A DNA stretch of 63,766 nucleotides, the filler included. It is 4 parts of 4 records of this genome, joined end to end, with 100 filler letters (N's around TTAATTAATTAA, not from the genome) between each part and the next. Parts side by side here need not be neighbours in the genome. Positions count along the whole stretch, not along the records: positions 1 to 24,084 come from DRR723986_6600; positions 24,185 to 50,218 come from DRR723986_6623; 2 more parts are not named here. The stretch is one strand, 5' to 3'. Below the pieces are notes generated by a model. That model made no database searches and was not told the DNA's origin. It saw only the letters and a list, made by a program, of their open reading frames with translations. Below, piece after piece: positions 20,343-28,414 of this stretch. Position 1 is the first letter of the stretch. Every line of letters starts with the position of its first letter. The translations under genes were made by a program, and so were the position numbers.

Positions 20343-21113
20343 ATGAAACGTATCCTTAAGGCAGCCGCCGTCGCGGCCGTGGGACTTGCACTGTCAGGTG
20401 CAGCGCAGGCGCAGTCTGCTTTGAATGAAATTTTGGACACGGGCGTGCTCAAGGTTGGCACCACTGGGGATTGGAACCCCATGTCTTTGCGCGACCCCGC
20501 AACCAACAGCTACAAAGGGTTCGACATCGATGTGATGAACGAGCTGGCCGCCGATCTTGGTGTCAAAGTTGAATTCGTGCCAACAGACTGGAAAACGCTG
20601 GTCAACGGCGTGGTCGCTGGCAAGTACCACCTGACCGGGTCCGCCTCGATTTCCCCACCACGTATGAAAGTGGCTGGTTTCTCGGAAAGCTATATTTCTG
20701 TTGAGATTTTCCCGTTCACGCTCAAGGAAAACGCCGAAAAATTCAATGGCTATGACTCGATCAACCAGCCCGGCGTCAAAGTTGCGACCACGCTGGGAAC
20801 CACTTTTGAAAAACTGGCACGGGAATGGTTTCCTAATGCAGATATCAAGGTTGTAGAAGCCCCCGCACGTGGATTCCAAGAGGTTCTTGCGGGACGCGCA
20901 GACGTCTTTATCACCTCCAACATCGAAGGGTCCACGTTGGAGAAAAAGTTCCCGATTGCACGGGTTCCCGGCACCGAACCGCGTGCGCCCACGCCGATTG
21001 CTATGCTGTTGCCACAAGCCGATCAGGTTTGGATCAACTACGTCAACAACTGGGTGAAAGTGAAACAGGCCAAAGGGTTCTTTGAGGCGACGAAAGCCAA
21101 ATGGGGCCTCTGA
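20343..21113 (+). CDS. Family-3 solute-binding protein (cyclohexadienyl-dehydratase-like)
   Basis: Signal peptide, GVLKVGTTGDWNPMS, GFDIDV, VEFVPTDWKTLV. Confidence 0.88.
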   Translation: MKRILKAAAVAAVGLALSGAAQAQSALNEILDTGVLKVGTTGDWNPMSLRDPATNSYKGFDIDVMNELAADLGVKVEFVPTDWKTLVNGVVAGKYHLTGSASISPPRMKVAGFSESYISVEIFPFTLKENAEKFNGYDSINQPGVKVATTLGTTFEKLAREWFPNADIKVVEAPARGFQEVLAGRADVFITSNIEGSTLEKKFPIARVPGTEPRAPTPIAMLLPQADQVWINYVNNWVKVKQAKGFFEATKAKWGL

Positions 21114-21132
21114 GGTTTCAGTGATTTGATTC

Positions 21133-21167
21133 GGGGCCGTGCAGCAATTGCGCGGCCCCTTTTGTTT
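21133..21167 (+). terminator. Rho-independent terminator after the SBP gene
   Basis: GGGGCCGTGCA-GCAAT-TGCGCGGCCCC followed by TTTTGTTT. Confidence 0.7.
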
Positions 21168-21188
21168 GTAGCGCTCGGGAAATGTGCA

Positions 21189-21926
21189 ATGAAACTGATG
21201 GATATGACGTGGCGACAGGTCGAGGCCAAGTTAGAGACGGGCGCTTGTGTGTTGCTGCCCGTTGGATCGACCGAACAGCACGGGCCAATGGGGCGGATCG
21301 GAACCGACACCATGTGTGCCGACGCGGTGGCGCAGGCTGCTGCTGATCACTGTGATGCGATTGTGGCGCCAGCGCTTGCTTATACGCCCGCGCCTTTCAA
21401 CACTGCCTTTCCCGGAACAGTGTCTTTGTCAGAACCCGTTTTCAAGGTGATGGCCGACGAAGTTGTCAAAGGATTACTGGCCCAAGGGTTTCAGGGTGTC
21501 TTTGTGGTCAATGGACATGGTGCAAATTTGACCCCTTTGTACGAAATTGGGGGTAAACTCCCCAAAAGGGCGCTGCAAATCATGAGCTGGTGGGACGCCC
21601 CCGAGGCCAATGCCTTGCGCAAATCCCTGTACGGGGATTGGGAAGGGATGCACGCGACTCCATCCGAAATCGCGATTACGCAAGCCTTGTTTGGTGTCCT
21701 GCCTGAAGAGGACGCCGCGACACCTCCGATGCGCCTGAGCCCTGAATTTATCAAGGCCCACGCAGGGGATAAGCATGGTCCGCCGGATGAACATCGCGCA
21801 GAATTCCCCGACGGGCGGGTCGGATCGCACTCGGCCTTGGCCCGTCCTGAGCACGGTGAACAATTGCTGGCTTTGGCAGCAAAAGGCATTGCTGAGGCCT
21901 TTGCCACGTTTTCTGACAGGCGCTAG
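21189..21926 (+). CDS. Creatininase family amidohydrolase
   Basis: MTW..VE start, PVGSTEQHG, GTD, NGHGAN, HAT.SE metal ligands; ATG 21189. Confidence 0.9.
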   Translation: MKLMDMTWRQVEAKLETGACVLLPVGSTEQHGPMGRIGTDTMCADAVAQAAADHCDAIVAPALAYTPAPFNTAFPGTVSLSEPVFKVMADEVVKGLLAQGFQGVFVVNGHGANLTPLYEIGGKLPKRALQIMSWWDAPEANALRKSLYGDWEGMHATPSEIAITQALFGVLPEEDAATPPMRLSPEFIKAHAGDKHGPPDEHRAEFPDGRVGSHSALARPEHGEQLLALAAKGIAEAFATFSDRR

Positions 21927-23287
21927 TTCTTCAAAGTCAGGCTGATTTCCAGACCAATCGTACGATTTCGGGCCTCAAACGTACCATCATGCATTCGGGC
22001 GATGGCCGCGACCAAAGCCAAGCCCAAACCCGAGTTCTTGTTCGTGCGGCTCGGGTCCAAAGTGACAAAGGGTTGTGACAAGCGATTCAGATCGGCGTCG
22101 GGCACACCCGGCCCCTCATCCCGCACCGACAGGCACAGGTCCGTGTCTGATTGTTCGAGCTTGACGGTAATCGTCGATTGCTCAGGTGCGTATCGCAACG
22201 CGTTGTCCAACAGGTTTGAGAGGGCTTGTGCCAGCAATGTTTTGTGCGCCGGGACAGGGTGGGCGTCGCCTTCGATTGTGATGGTCACATTTTTGTCTGC
22301 CGCGACGGGTTCATAGAATTCGACAACGTCCTGCACCAATGCGGGCACGTCGACGGGTTCGAATTCATCCCGACCCAACCCTGCCTCGGCGCGCGAGATT
22401 TCGGTCAGTTGGGAAAAGACCCGCAACAGGTGGTCGACCTCGGCCAAGGCGCGGGCGGCGTCTGTGTCGCGTTCGGCGTCGGTGCGGGTGACATCGGTCA
22501 GCTGTTCGACCCTTTGCCGCAAGCGCGACAGGGGGGAGCGCAGATCGTGGGCGATGGAATTGGTGGTCATGCGCAGGTTGCTGATCAGGTCTTCGTTTTG
22601 ATCGAGCATGCCGTTCAGCGTTGTCGCCATCTGGTCGAATTCATCGCCGGTCCCGCGCAGCGGGATGCGACGCGACAGATCACCAGACACGATGTCCTCG
22701 GACGTGCGGGCAATATCAGCGAGGCGTGAAAAGACCAACCGGGTCAAAAGCCAGCCGGTTAATAGGCTAAGCGCGAGGGCCGCCAATAGGGACAGGCCCA
22801 CCGAGCGCAACAGGACCCGGTCGAATTTGCGGCTTGCCGAAGCATCCCGGCCAACCAAGAGACGTTCATAGAGGGGGAGTTTGACTGAGGCGGCTGAGAT
22901 CGAGACGTTTTCACCGGAGTCCGTTTTGATCAGGTCCAGTTCAACCCAGCCGCTGCCGGGTTCCACACCCTGTGGCCATCCAATCAGATTACCCGCCAGA
23001 ACATTGCCTTGTGCGTCGGCCAGCAGATAGAGTGCATCCCGCGCTGCGGCGTCTTCGGATCGCCGCTCAATCGCCCGGATCAGGCCGATTGTTCCCATCC
23101 GTTCGTATTCATCCGCAAGGCCCGCCAGTTCGGCGGTTACGACGCTGCGGGTCTCATTAGCGATTGTGCGATTGGCCGTCAGATAGACGAGTGTCAGAAC
23201 AGCGGCCGTCATCACCGTGCTAAGGATGACGCTTGCCAAGACAAGGCGCGTGCGTGCATTGCGCCACTGTATCAATGGCTTACGCAT
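21923..23287 (-). CDS. HAMP-containing sensor histidine kinase
   Basis: Two TMs, HAMP, H-box IAHDLRSPL, N-box NLLDNALRY, DEGPG, GLGLA. Confidence 0.94.
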   Translation of the reverse strand: MRKPLIQWRNARTRLVLASVILSTVMTAAVLTLVYLTANRTIANETRSVVTAELAGLADEYERMGTIGLIRAIERRSEDAAARDALYLLADAQGNVLAGNLIGWPQGVEPGSGWVELDLIKTDSGENVSISAASVKLPLYERLLVGRDASASRKFDRVLLRSVGLSLLAALALSLLTGWLLTRLVFSRLADIARTSEDIVSGDLSRRIPLRGTGDEFDQMATTLNGMLDQNEDLISNLRMTTNSIAHDLRSPLSRLRQRVEQLTDVTRTDAERDTDAARALAEVDHLLRVFSQLTEISRAEAGLGRDEFEPVDVPALVQDVVEFYEPVAADKNVTITIEGDAHPVPAHKTLLAQALSNLLDNALRYAPEQSTITVKLEQSDTDLCLSVRDEGPGVPDADLNRLSQPFVTLDPSRTNKNSGLGLALVAAIARMHDGTFEARNRTIGLEISLTLKN

Positions 23288-23960
23288 CGGACATCATGTA
23301 ACCGGCACCGCGTACCGTCTCGATCAGGGGCTTTGTGTTCCCTTCGTCAATCTGACGGCGCAATTTCGAGATATGGACATCGACGATATTTGTGTTGGGG
23401 TCGAAATGGTATTCCCAGACCCCCTCTAACAGCATGGTGCGTGAGATAACGCGGTTTTTGCGCCGCAAAAAGAACTCGAGAATTTGGAACTCACGCGGGG
23501 TCAATGTCAGTTCCTGACCGGCGCGTGTGACTTTGTGTTTGAGCAGGTCCATTTCCAGATCGTGGCAGGTCAGTGTTGAGGTTTCTTCGGTGTCCTGGGG
23601 GCGGCGCAGCAAAGCCTCGATCCGGGCGTGTAACTCCTGAAACGAGAACGGTTTGACCAGATAGTCATCGGCCCCGGCGCGCAGTCCTTTGACGCGTTCG
23701 TCAACCGCGCTCATCGCGGTGAGCATCAGAACCGGGGTTTTCAACCCCGCGGCGCGGATGGATTTGATCAACGCCAGCCCGTCCAAACCGGGCAACATGC
23801 GATCCAGAACAATGGCGTCAAATCCGCCGTCGGTGGCATGATACAAGCCTTCGCGCCCATCGGGGGCGGTTTCCACGGTAAAACCTTCCTCACCAAACCC
23901 TTTGGCAAGGAACTCGCGGGTGTCGGTGTCGTCTTCGACGATCAGAAGGCGTCTGCTCAT
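23280..23960 (-). CDS. OmpR/CusR-family response regulator
   Basis: VEDD, LDRMLPG, DDYLVKPF receiver; winged helix VDVHISKLR, ETVRGAGY. Confidence 0.95.
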   Translation of the reverse strand: MSRRLLIVEDDTDTREFLAKGFGEEGFTVETAPDGREGLYHATDGGFDAIVLDRMLPGLDGLALIKSIRAAGLKTPVLMLTAMSAVDERVKGLRAGADDYLVKPFSFQELHARIEALLRRPQDTEETSTLTCHDLEMDLLKHKVTRAGQELTLTPREFQILEFFLRRKNRVISRTMLLEGVWEYHFDPNTNIVDVHISKLRRQIDEGNTKPLIETVRGAGYMMSDA

Positions 23961-24084
23961 GTCGGGTCATCCTTTTGTTTTGAATATACAGTCTGGAAAA
24001 ATGGATTGCACGTCCTGCGCATGAAATGGCCGGGCGCGGATGGGGCGCGCCCGGCCGGGCCGGCAGAAATGACGTGAGTGGTGG

Positions 24085-24184
24085 NNNNNNNNNNNNNNNN
24101 NNNNNNNNNNNNNNNNNNNNNNNNNNNNTTAATTAATTAANNNNNNNNNNNNNNNNNNNNNNNNNNNNNNNNNNNNNNNNNNNN
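24085..24184. other. Artificial contig spacer 1
   Basis: 44 N + TTAATTAATTAA (stops in all six frames) + 44 N. Confidence 0.99.
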
Positions 24185-25135
24185 GGCCATGAACTGGGCC
24201 TGCAGGTCGGTCGGGAAGCCGGGGTGCGGCTGCGTCGACAGGTTCACGGCCTTCAAGTGCGTGCCGTTGCGGCGGATGCGCAGTGTGTGGGCGCCTTCGT
24301 CGGCGTCCACGGTCACGCCTGCCTCGCGCAGCTTGGCGATCAGCGCGCCCAGCGCTTCGACCGGGCAGCCGTCCAGCGTGACGTCGCCGCCCGCAGCAGC
24401 AGCAGCGATGGCATAGGTGCCCGCCTCAATCCGGTCTGCCATGACCGAATGGGTCGTGCCGTTGAGGCTCTCAGCGCCCTTGACGCGGACGACAGCCGTG
24501 CCGGCGCCTGTGATGTTCGCGCCCATGCTGTTCAGGCAGTTGGCGAGGTCTTCGATCTCCGGCTCACGCGCGGCGTTTTCGAGGACGGTCGTGCCTTTCG
24601 CCAGTGTGGCGGTCAGCATGGCGTGCTCGGTCGCGCCGACGCTTGGCATGGAGAAATTGATATGCGCGCCTTTCAGGCCGTGAATGGCTGCGGCCTTCAC
24701 ATAGCCCTGCTCCACTTTCAGGTCCGCGCCCATGGCAGCGAGGGCCTGCAGGTGCAGGTCCACCGGCCGGGCGCCGATGGCACAGCCGCCGGGCAGCGAC
24801 ACGGTGGCGTGGCCGGAACGCGCAATCAGCGGCCCCAGCACATTGAAGCTCGCCCGCATCTTCCGCACCTGGTCATAGGGCGCGATCGTGCTTTTCAGCT
24901 CAGCGGCGTTCAAATGGCAGGTCGACTCGCCCTTCGGCCAGTAGACTTCCACGCCGAGCGTTTCGAGCAGCTGCGCCAGGAAGCGCGTGTCTGCGAGGCT
25001 CGGCATGTTTGTGAGGGTGATCGGCTGGTCTGTCAGCAGGCAGGCGACCATGAGCTTCAGCGCCGAATTCTTCGCGCCGGAGATCGGGATATGGCCGTTC
25101 AGCTTGTGGCCACCTTGAATAACGAGTCTGTCCAT
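24185..25135 (-). CDS. murA: UDP-N-acetylglucosamine 1-carboxyvinyltransferase (3' truncated by contig end)
   Basis: SGAKNS, LPGGCAIGARPVDLH (catalytic Cys), NAAREPE, PGFPTDLQAQ. Confidence 0.96.
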
Positions 25136-25199
25136 GAGGGCTCTTATACCGTGCTTCGAGGTTTTGGGAGGGCCGGAATGTGTTGATTTTCAGCGGGTT

Positions 25200-26405
25200 T
25201 CAGCAGAGCATCAACGGCAGGCGTTTCAGGCCGCGCAGGCCCGCGCGGGCGATCCATTTTACATTGTCCGCGCCACCCTCAATGGCGAGGTGCGGATAGC
25301 GGCTGAGCAGGACATTCAGCGCCACTTCCCCCTCCAACCGGGCGAGGTGGATGCCGAGGCAGATGTGCGGGCCGGACCCGAAGCCGACATGTCGATTCGG
25401 GCGTCGGGCGAGATTCAGCGTCTGCGGATCGTCGAACTCGGCCGGGTCCATGTTACCGGCGGCGAGGAAACCGAAGACGCGGTCGCCGCGTTTCAGCGCC
25501 CTGCCCTCGAACGCCATGTCTTCTTTCACAAAACGCGGCTTGGTCATCTGGACCGGCGTGCAGTAGCGCATCAGCTCGTCGACAGCGATGAAGCGAGCCT
25601 CCTCATCCATGGCCCGCACCTGATCGGCGGCGGCCGGCTGGGTCAGCAGCGTCCAGACGCCCGACGAGAGCAGATGCGTCGTGGTCTCATGCCCCGCCAC
25701 GAACAGGACGAAGACCATGGCGAGCAGTTCGTTCTCGCTCATCTTCTGGCCGTCTGCCTCGGCATGGACGAGTTCCGAGACGAGGCCTTCGCGCGGTTCT
25801 GCATGCAGGGCGCGGAACTCCTCGCGTAGCATGTCCTGGATGTGACCGAGCCGGAACAGGCCCAACAACATGGTAAGCGGCGAATCGGTGGCGGTCAGGT
25901 TGCTGAGCGTGCGGGAGAGCTTTGCCTCGGTCTCCGGCCGGAAGCCGAGCAGGCCGTAGATCACTTTCAGCGGCAGCGGACGGCAGAAGCCGGAAACGAG
26001 ATCCGTGTTCCCGTCCGTTTCCATCAGGTCCAGCAGCTCATGCGCATAGGCGACGATCTTCCGGCGCTGGGTCAGGATGGTGGCGCGCCGGAACGGCGCA
26101 TCGGCGAGGCGGCGCAGGCGCGAATGGTCCGGATCGTCCATGGAGAGGACATTGTCCGCCATGATCTTCAGTGACTTCGGCAGGAAAGGCATGCCGAACG
26201 GTGCCTTGTGCCCGGCATGGCGGGCATCGACAACGAACCGGTCCTTGTCCTTCAGCACAGCATGGATCGCCGCGTGGCGGGTGACGAGGTCGATTTCGCC
26301 CAGAATCGGCATCTTTGCCCGGTACCAGGCGTTTTCGGCCACAAGAGCAGTCAGCATCTCATGCGGGGCGGCAAGATAAGCCCGTGATGAGAGGGACAGG
26401 GTCAC
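25200..26405 (-). CDS. Cytochrome P450
   Basis: DDPDHSRLR, AGHETT, DELMR, FGSGPHICLG; GTG start overlapping the stop of the upstream small ORF. Confidence 0.94.
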   Translation of the reverse strand: MTLSLSSRAYLAAPHEMLTALVAENAWYRAKMPILGEIDLVTRHAAIHAVLKDKDRFVVDARHAGHKAPFGMPFLPKSLKIMADNVLSMDDPDHSRLRRLADAPFRRATILTQRRKIVAYAHELLDLMETDGNTDLVSGFCRPLPLKVIYGLLGFRPETEAKLSRTLSNLTATDSPLTMLLGLFRLGHIQDMLREEFRALHAEPREGLVSELVHAEADGQKMSENELLAMVFVLFVAGHETTTHLLSSGVWTLLTQPAAADQVRAMDEEARFIAVDELMRYCTPVQMTKPRFVKEDMAFEGRALKRGDRVFGFLAAGNMDPAEFDDPQTLNLARRPNRHVGFGSGPHICLGIHLARLEGEVALNVLLSRYPHLAIEGGADNVKWIARAGLRGLKRLPLMLC

Positions 26406-26539
26406 TTGCCTTTGTCCGGTTTGGCCGCGGAATCGGCCGGTGGCTTGCGCGCGGCAGCCTTGCGGCGGCGCAAATTGGCCCGCAGTGCAGCGGCCAGGCG
26501 CTCGGCTTTCTCGTCCTTGGGAGGGGATTTGTCTGTCAT
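26402..26539 (-). CDS. Small basic protein (45 aa) of the type found upstream of murA in alphaproteobacteria
   Basis: Hand translation MTDKSPPKDEKAERLAAALRANLRRRKAAARKPPADSAAKPDKGK*; RLAAALRANLRRRK core; TGA overlaps the P450 GTG. Below the ORF-track cutoff. Confidence 0.7.
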   Translation of the reverse strand: MTDKSPPKDEKAERLAAALRANLRRRKAAARKPPADSAAKPDKGK

Positions 26540-26616
26540 GTCAGGTGCAATTCGCGGCGAAACGGTCTTTTCATGTCGGATGGCTTAAGCTAAACGCCGC
26601 TTTCCGCACCTGCAAT

Positions 26617-26691
26617 GCCGCGGTAGCTCAGTGGTAGAGCGCATCATTGGTAATGATGAGGCCGAGAGTTCAATTCTCTCTCGCGGCACCA
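26617..26691 (+). tRNA. tRNA-Thr(GGT)
   Basis: GCCGCGG acceptor pairing with TCGCGGC-ACCA, D arm GCTC..GAGC, anticodon stem CATCA-TTGGTAA-TGATG, T-loop GTTCAATT, encoded CCA. Confidence 0.97.
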
Positions 26692-26704
26692 GTTTTCCTA
26701 AACA

Positions 26705-26717
26705 AATCAAATGGTTA
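26705..26717 (+). promoter_or_regulatory. IHF-consensus site adjacent to the tRNA 3' end
   Basis: AATCAA-ATGG-TTA matches WATCAANNNNTTR, inside a TTTTCCTAA / TTAGGAAAA inverted repeat (26693-26735). Confidence 0.55.
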
Positions 26718-26888
26718 ATTGGCCCATTAGGAAAAACACCGGAACAAACATTGCGACAGCAAGCAATTGCTGGCCCACGTGACTGGCCTGCCCCTCGAAG
26801 GTGGTCCGCCAGATTTTTTAGCCTGGCGGTTTTTGAGACGCTTGAAATCTCGCAATTGTTGAAATTGCTGGTGATCCATTCGAAAAAC

Positions 26889-27494
26889 TCATTCCTCCTC
26901 GATGCACCCAACGAACTCCAACAACAGATCATAGTTATACCCATCGGCTGCACGGAGCGCGGTGATGTAGGCATCACGTCTTTCATTGTCGTTGGTCAAG
27001 TCACCACCGTTTTCCCAGTCTATCGGCGCATGGTCGAAACACTCAGCAAGAAAGGTGTCCGCCGCGATGCGCGCATGGCGTCCGTTTCCGTTTGGAAACG
27101 GATGAATTTGCACAAGGCGGTGATGAAACCGCGCCGCTGCTTCCAATGGTGGGTAGGTGTCGTGCTCGAGCCAGTACGCGGCATCGCCCAAGAGATGACG
27201 AATATTGACACCAATCATCCTCGGATCAATGCCGATATTCTTCTCGCGCAGGCGATATGTTCCCGCCCATGACCACACATCGCCAAACAGCCGTCTGTGA
27301 AGCTCACGCAAGAAGTCATCCGTGAGAATGCCCGCCCTACGGCGGCGTCCAAGCCACAGCAAGCCGGACTGGATATTCGCCTGCTCAAGCTCATCCAGCT
27401 CGCCGCGCGTGGTGACGTGATCGAACCTAAAACCTTCTAACTCATCAGGATCGAGCGGCGTAGCCCCATCGGGTTCACCTATGATTCCGGGCAT
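26889..27494 (-). CDS. Mobile mystery protein B (Fic-domain protein)
   Basis: GATPLDPDE.EG, TRGELDELEQANI, LHRRLFGDVWSWAG, Fic motif HPFPNGNGRHAR. Confidence 0.9.
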   Translation of the reverse strand: MPGIIGEPDGATPLDPDELEGFRFDHVTTRGELDELEQANIQSGLLWLGRRRRAGILTDDFLRELHRRLFGDVWSWAGTYRLREKNIGIDPRMIGVNIRHLLGDAAYWLEHDTYPPLEAAARFHHRLVQIHPFPNGNGRHARIAADTFLAECFDHAPIDWENGGDLTNDNERRDAYITALRAADGYNYDLLLEFVGCIEEE

Positions 27495-27961
27495 TATACC
27501 TCCCAGAAATTGGATGGAGGATTCTGGATCAATTCTCTGGTCAGTCGTTCAATCTCGGCTTTGTTCTGTTCATCCCGAAGGGATTGTTTTTCCAACGCCA
27601 TATGCGTTGCCGCGCGTTTGACGAGCGCGCTGGCTTTCTTGCGCGCCTGCGCTTCCACAACATCACCCAGATCACCGCTTTCCGGTATGATTGCATATAC
27701 AAACCGGCAGCCCAGACCTTCGGCCAGCTCATGCATTGAGCGAAGCGTTACCCCGCCCTCGATTTCAGATTTCTCCGCCTGCGATATCCGCCCGCGTGAA
27801 AGCGACATACGCTTGCCGAGCTGCGCACCGGACATACCAAGAGCCTTGCGGACAAGGGCAATCCACCCTTCTTTGGGGGTCTGAAGCAGGCGTGCAGAGC
27901 CCGTCGCGGACGCGTTGATCCTGCTCTGCATCTGCTTTCTGGCAATATCCTTGACGCTCAT
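27494..27961 (-). CDS. Mobile mystery protein A (XRE-type HTH)
   Basis: P.EGWI..VRKALGMS..QLGKR HTH, VTLRSM...AEGLGCRFVYA, THMALE.Q; stop overlaps the MMP-B start; ATG 27961 (or GTG 27970). Confidence 0.9.
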   Translation of the reverse strand: MSVKDIARKQMQSRINASATGSARLLQTPKEGWIALVRKALGMSGAQLGKRMSLSRGRISQAEKSEIEGGVTLRSMHELAEGLGCRFVYAIIPESGDLGDVVEAQARKKASALVKRAATHMALEKQSLRDEQNKAEIERLTRELIQNPPSNFWEV

Positions 27962-27996
27962 AGTGTTCACATTTCTATCGACGTTTCGCTTTATTT

Positions 27997-28080
27997 GTCT
28001 ATGTATATATAGACTAAAAATCTATTTATGTCTATATTCTTATAGACATAAATATGTTTTATGCTCATAAATATATAGAC
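27997..28080. promoter_or_regulatory. Three GTCTAT-N6-ATAGAC palindromic operators in 33-bp phase upstream of MMP-A
   Basis: 27997-28014 GTCTAT-gtatat-ATAGAC; 28030-28047 GTCTAT-attctt-ATAGAC; 28063-28080 GCTCAT-aaatat-ATAGAC. Confidence 0.7.
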
Positions 28081-28414
28081 ATTTTGAGAGGTCCCGTCGC
28101 GTTTTCCATGGATCGTTGCTTAAGTTGCGGGGCGCACCCTGCGGGCCGGGCTATCGTGACCCAAACCCGCCAGGGCGGTCTTGGGAAGGGGCACGAAGGC
28201 CCTTTCCTGAGCGCAATTAAACGGCGGACGTTTGGCTGGCGTATGAAGGCTCGATGCCGGAATGCGCCATGGGGGGCCACGTGTGGGCGCAGCGCCTCCA
28301 TGGCAAGATTGTAGATATGTACAATTCAACCTAACGCACGGAACCTTCCGGGCTTTCCTTCCATAGGCCGCACTCATATGGGATGAGTATCCGAACCTCA
28401 ACAGAAGCAAATTC

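Larger units (their letters stand above)
26692..28310. mobile_element. Degraded tRNA-anchored genomic islet carrying mobile mystery proteins A/B
   Basis: Starts right after the tRNA CCA, has AT-richer intergenic DNA, an IHF site and a mobile-element-associated gene pair; no integrase and no duplicated tRNA 3' end seen; right boundary approximate. Confidence 0.55.

Noticed and set aside
21923-24084. Linking the two-component pair to genes beyond the spacer
   Set aside because: The contig ends at 24084; the next segment comes from a different organism.
24129-24140. TTAATTAATTAA recurring three times (also 50263-50274 and 57841-57852) as a biological repeat or att site
   Set aside because: Always centred in exactly 44+44 Ns; it is a six-frame-stop assembly linker.
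26631-27272. 213-aa plus-strand ORF (and the 26585-26986 minus ORF) near the tRNA as a possible integrase
   Set aside because: They overlap the tRNA and the antisense of MMP-B and show no tyrosine- or serine-recombinase motifs.
27997-28080. 33-bp periodic repeats as a mini CRISPR array
   Set aside because: The period is too short for repeat plus spacer, units are 18-bp palindromes, and no cas genes are present; they fit operators.
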